64,000 nucleotides of DNA from Gracilinanus agilis (taxonomy: Eukaryota). Each line of letters begins with the position of its first letter. Within the stretch, counting starts at the first letter, position 1. The DNA is taken from assembly GCF_016433145.1 (NCBI RefSeq), contig NC_058133.1:389635456-389699455 (forward strand), read 5' to 3'. Position numbers and translations under genes: made by a program. The notes beneath the pieces are model-generated. The model was not told the origin of the DNA. It was given only the letters and a program-made list of their open reading frames with translations, and ran no database searches. Of the stretch, positions 61,549 through 64,000 are shown piece after piece.

Positions 61549-62629
61549 ATGGAGTTACATGAAGATTCACATAGGGACGAAGGGATCAACAGTTCCTCCC
61601 AACTTATGGCTGTGCAGTTCTGTTTTGAGAATGTGAATAAATCCTGCATCAAAACCACATACTCCCCCTTTCCTCGAATGATTCTCTATGTGGTCTTTGG
61701 CTTTGGGATTCTGCTGGCAGTATTTGGCAACTTGCTGGTCATCACTGCCATTCTTCACTTCAAGCAGCTGCACACACCTACAAACTTCCTCATTGCCTCC
61801 TTGGCCTGTGCTGACTTTTTGGTTGGACTCACTGTGATGCCCTTCAGCATGGTGAGGTCAGTGGAAAGTTGCTGGTACTTTGGGGAGAGTTTCTGTAAAT
61901 TTCACACCTGTTTTGATGGATCATTTTGCTATTCTTCTCTCTTCCATTTGTGTTTCATCTCTATTGATAGATATATTGCTATCACTGACCCTCTGATTTA
62001 TCCAACCAAGGTCACAGTACGCATTTCAGGGATATGTATTGCCATATCCTGGGTCTGTTCAATAACATACAGTTTTTCTCTCATTTACACAGGGGTCAGT
62101 GATGATGGGTTGGAGGATCTGGTCATTGCTCTCAGTTGTGTGGGAGGTTGCCAGTCTGCAATGAATCAAGACTGGGTTCTCACTGCATTTCTCTTGTTTT
62201 TAATACCAACAGTTGCTATGCTCATCATATATGGCAAAAATTTTTTAGTGGCTAAACAGCAGGCTAGAAAGATTGAAAGTATCAACAGCCAAATGCAGGC
62301 TTCTGCAGAGAGCTATAAGGATAGAGTAGCCAAAAGAGAGAAAGGCTGCTAAAACATTAGGGATTGCTATGGCTGTGTTTCTTGTCTGCTGGCTGCCATA
62401 TTTCATTGATACGCTAATTGATGCTTATGTGAATTTCATAACTCCAGCTTATGTCTATGAGATCTTATTGTGGTTTATTTATTATAGTTCGGCTATGAAT
62501 CCTTTGATCTATGCCTTCTTTTACCCTTGGTTTCGGAAAGCAATAAAGCTCATTGTGAGTGGCAGAATCTTGAGGAATGATTCTTCATCAATGAATTTAT
62601 TTTCTGAAGAAGTGGAAATCCACAACTGA
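61549..62629 (+). pseudogene. TAAR7-like receptor with a 2-bp frameshift in ICL3 (would be 360 aa if repaired)
   Basis: Extended N-terminus and TM3 [13 protein letters not shown] as in rodent TAAR7s. AAAAGAGAGAAAGGCTGCTAA at 62332-62352 lacks one AG relative to loci 2 and 3, giving TAA at 62350. TM6-TM7 continue in the shifted frame to TGA at 62627-62629. Confidence 0.88.
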
Positions 62630-63135
62630 GAAAAATCTTGGCAAAGAATTCCAAGGTAATGATGATTAAAAATGAAAGGTAAAATAGAATCTCTTGGACA
62701 GTTCAAGAAATGTAATCTACTTGTTTCTCAAATTCATAGAAAACTGCTTTCAAATGGTGATAATCCTGAGACATTTTTTACCTTCATATATACTCAGATG
62801 TTATTTTCAAGTTAATATCAGAAGTAGATAGTGCTTATTGACAAGGTCAAATTTTTATAAAACTTTGTTATGAGTGAAGATGATCCAAGGATGGCAAAGA
62901 CAGAAGCAGAGATTCAATATGCACCAAAATATCCATAGCAGCCTTTCTTGAGATGGCAAAGAACTGGGTACAATATCGATTTCCATTAATAAGGAAAGGA
63001 CTAATTTGAGAAATCATCATGTTTAATTTAAATTAAATTCATATTAAATAAGAAATGATGGAGAGGAGAAATTTGACAAATATAAGATTTGTATGAACTT
63101 ATGTACAATGAAATAGCAGAGGCAGAACAATATAC

Positions 63136-63305
63136 AGGGGCAACTAGATGGCTTTGTGAAAAAAGGTTTAAGCTTTTGAGATGGGAGGTCCTGGGTTCAA
63201 ATGTATTCTCAGATACTTCTATTTCTTTGACTTTGGGCAATTTACTCTTCTGCCTTAAAACTAACAAATAGTATTAATTCTAAAATGGAAGTGAAGGTTT
63301 TAAAA
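63136..63305 (+). mobile_element. CORE-SINE paralogous to 44248-44449
   Basis: Same flank and position relative to the TAAR stop codon. Confidence 0.8.
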
Positions 63306-63871
63306 AAAAGAAATCTAAATACAATGTCCCCCAAAATGTAAAACAAAATGTCATTAGATGGGATTAAAACTCTGACAAAAAGAAAAATGAGAGAAATCCC
63401 AGAGCACAGATAATGAAACCTAAGTCCTTCTTCTAAGCAAGGAGGTGAGAAATTGTGAGAGTAGAATTGTGGAAATTAAGTCTGATGTAGTTATTCTATT
63501 AGTGGTTTTTTTTTGTGGTTTGCTTAACTGTATTTTTGTATTACCAGGAAAGGTCCAGTTCTGTGTGGAGAGGTAAGGTGACATAAAAGGGATTTAATGA
63601 ACTGTAAGTGATATAAAAACAGAAAGCATTAATAAATCTTTGTGTTGAAGGGATTAAACATGTCATTATCCTCACATATACTCATTTGATAAGAAAATAG
63701 ATTAGAGTTGGGAAAGACTAAACTTTGTCCTTGTCCTTTTGCTTCTTTCTTCAAATAACTGAAATTTTACATTTTTTATACCTTTTCCATCAATGTTTGA
63801 GGCCAAATATAAAGGAAATAGCAGCAACTAGTATTTACATGAACACTTTAAGGTTTGTAGGGAGATTTACA

Positions 63872-64000
63872 TGTAAGGGTCTCAAAAGACAAAGGTCTGT
63901 TGACCCTTGATGTCAGGTGAGGTCCAGGGTCTGAAAAGGCAAAGGTCTGTTGACACCTGATGTTAGGTATGTCCAGGTCTGGCTAAGGCCTAGGATCCCT
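63872..64000 (+). mobile_element. Start of an LTR, running off the window, with a ~49-bp tandem repeat in U3
   Basis: TGTAAGGG begins where homology to the locus-3 3' flank ends. Two copies of AAAAG(A/G)CAAAGGTCTGTTGAC.C.TGATGT.AGGT...TCCAGG. Confidence 0.7.

Noticed and set aside
43080-62629. Labelling loci 3 and 4 as TAAR8 or TAAR6 by position
   Set aside because: They lack Asp5.43 and carry the TAAR7-type GSFCYSS motif. No gene symbol is assigned without a phylogeny.

Overview
Mammalian genomic DNA, AT-rich and full of transposable elements. SINE1_Mdo-like, MAR1-like and L1_Mdo-like repeats point to a didelphid marsupial, probably the opossum Monodelphis domestica. The window holds one end of the trace amine-associated receptor (TAAR) cluster, with four single-exon TAAR loci on the + strand. 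(1) 21591-22610: intact, strongly divergent TAAR6-9-clade gene upstream of TAAR9, carrying an unusual Y5.58N change. (2) 28183-29229: clear intact TAAR9 orthologue. (3) 43080-43760: TAAR7-like copy missing its first ~134 codons at a junction marked by a single N. (4) 61549-62629: TAAR7-like copy with a 2-bp frameshift. Loci 3 and 4 are tandem duplicates, and loci 2, 3 and 4 show patchwork identity consistent with gene conversion. The rest is repeats: a class-I-like ERV (LTR, PBS, decayed gag) at the left edge, several solo LTRs (one pair nested inside an L1), hAT MITEs, a near-full-length L1 inserted into an older L1, SINEs, L2/MIR relics, microsatellites and a 362-N gap. I found no wholly new system. 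The best leads are the divergent TAAR, the conversion mosaic, and the doubtful pseudogene status of loci 3 and 4. Family names come from memory of consensus sequences, not from a database search.
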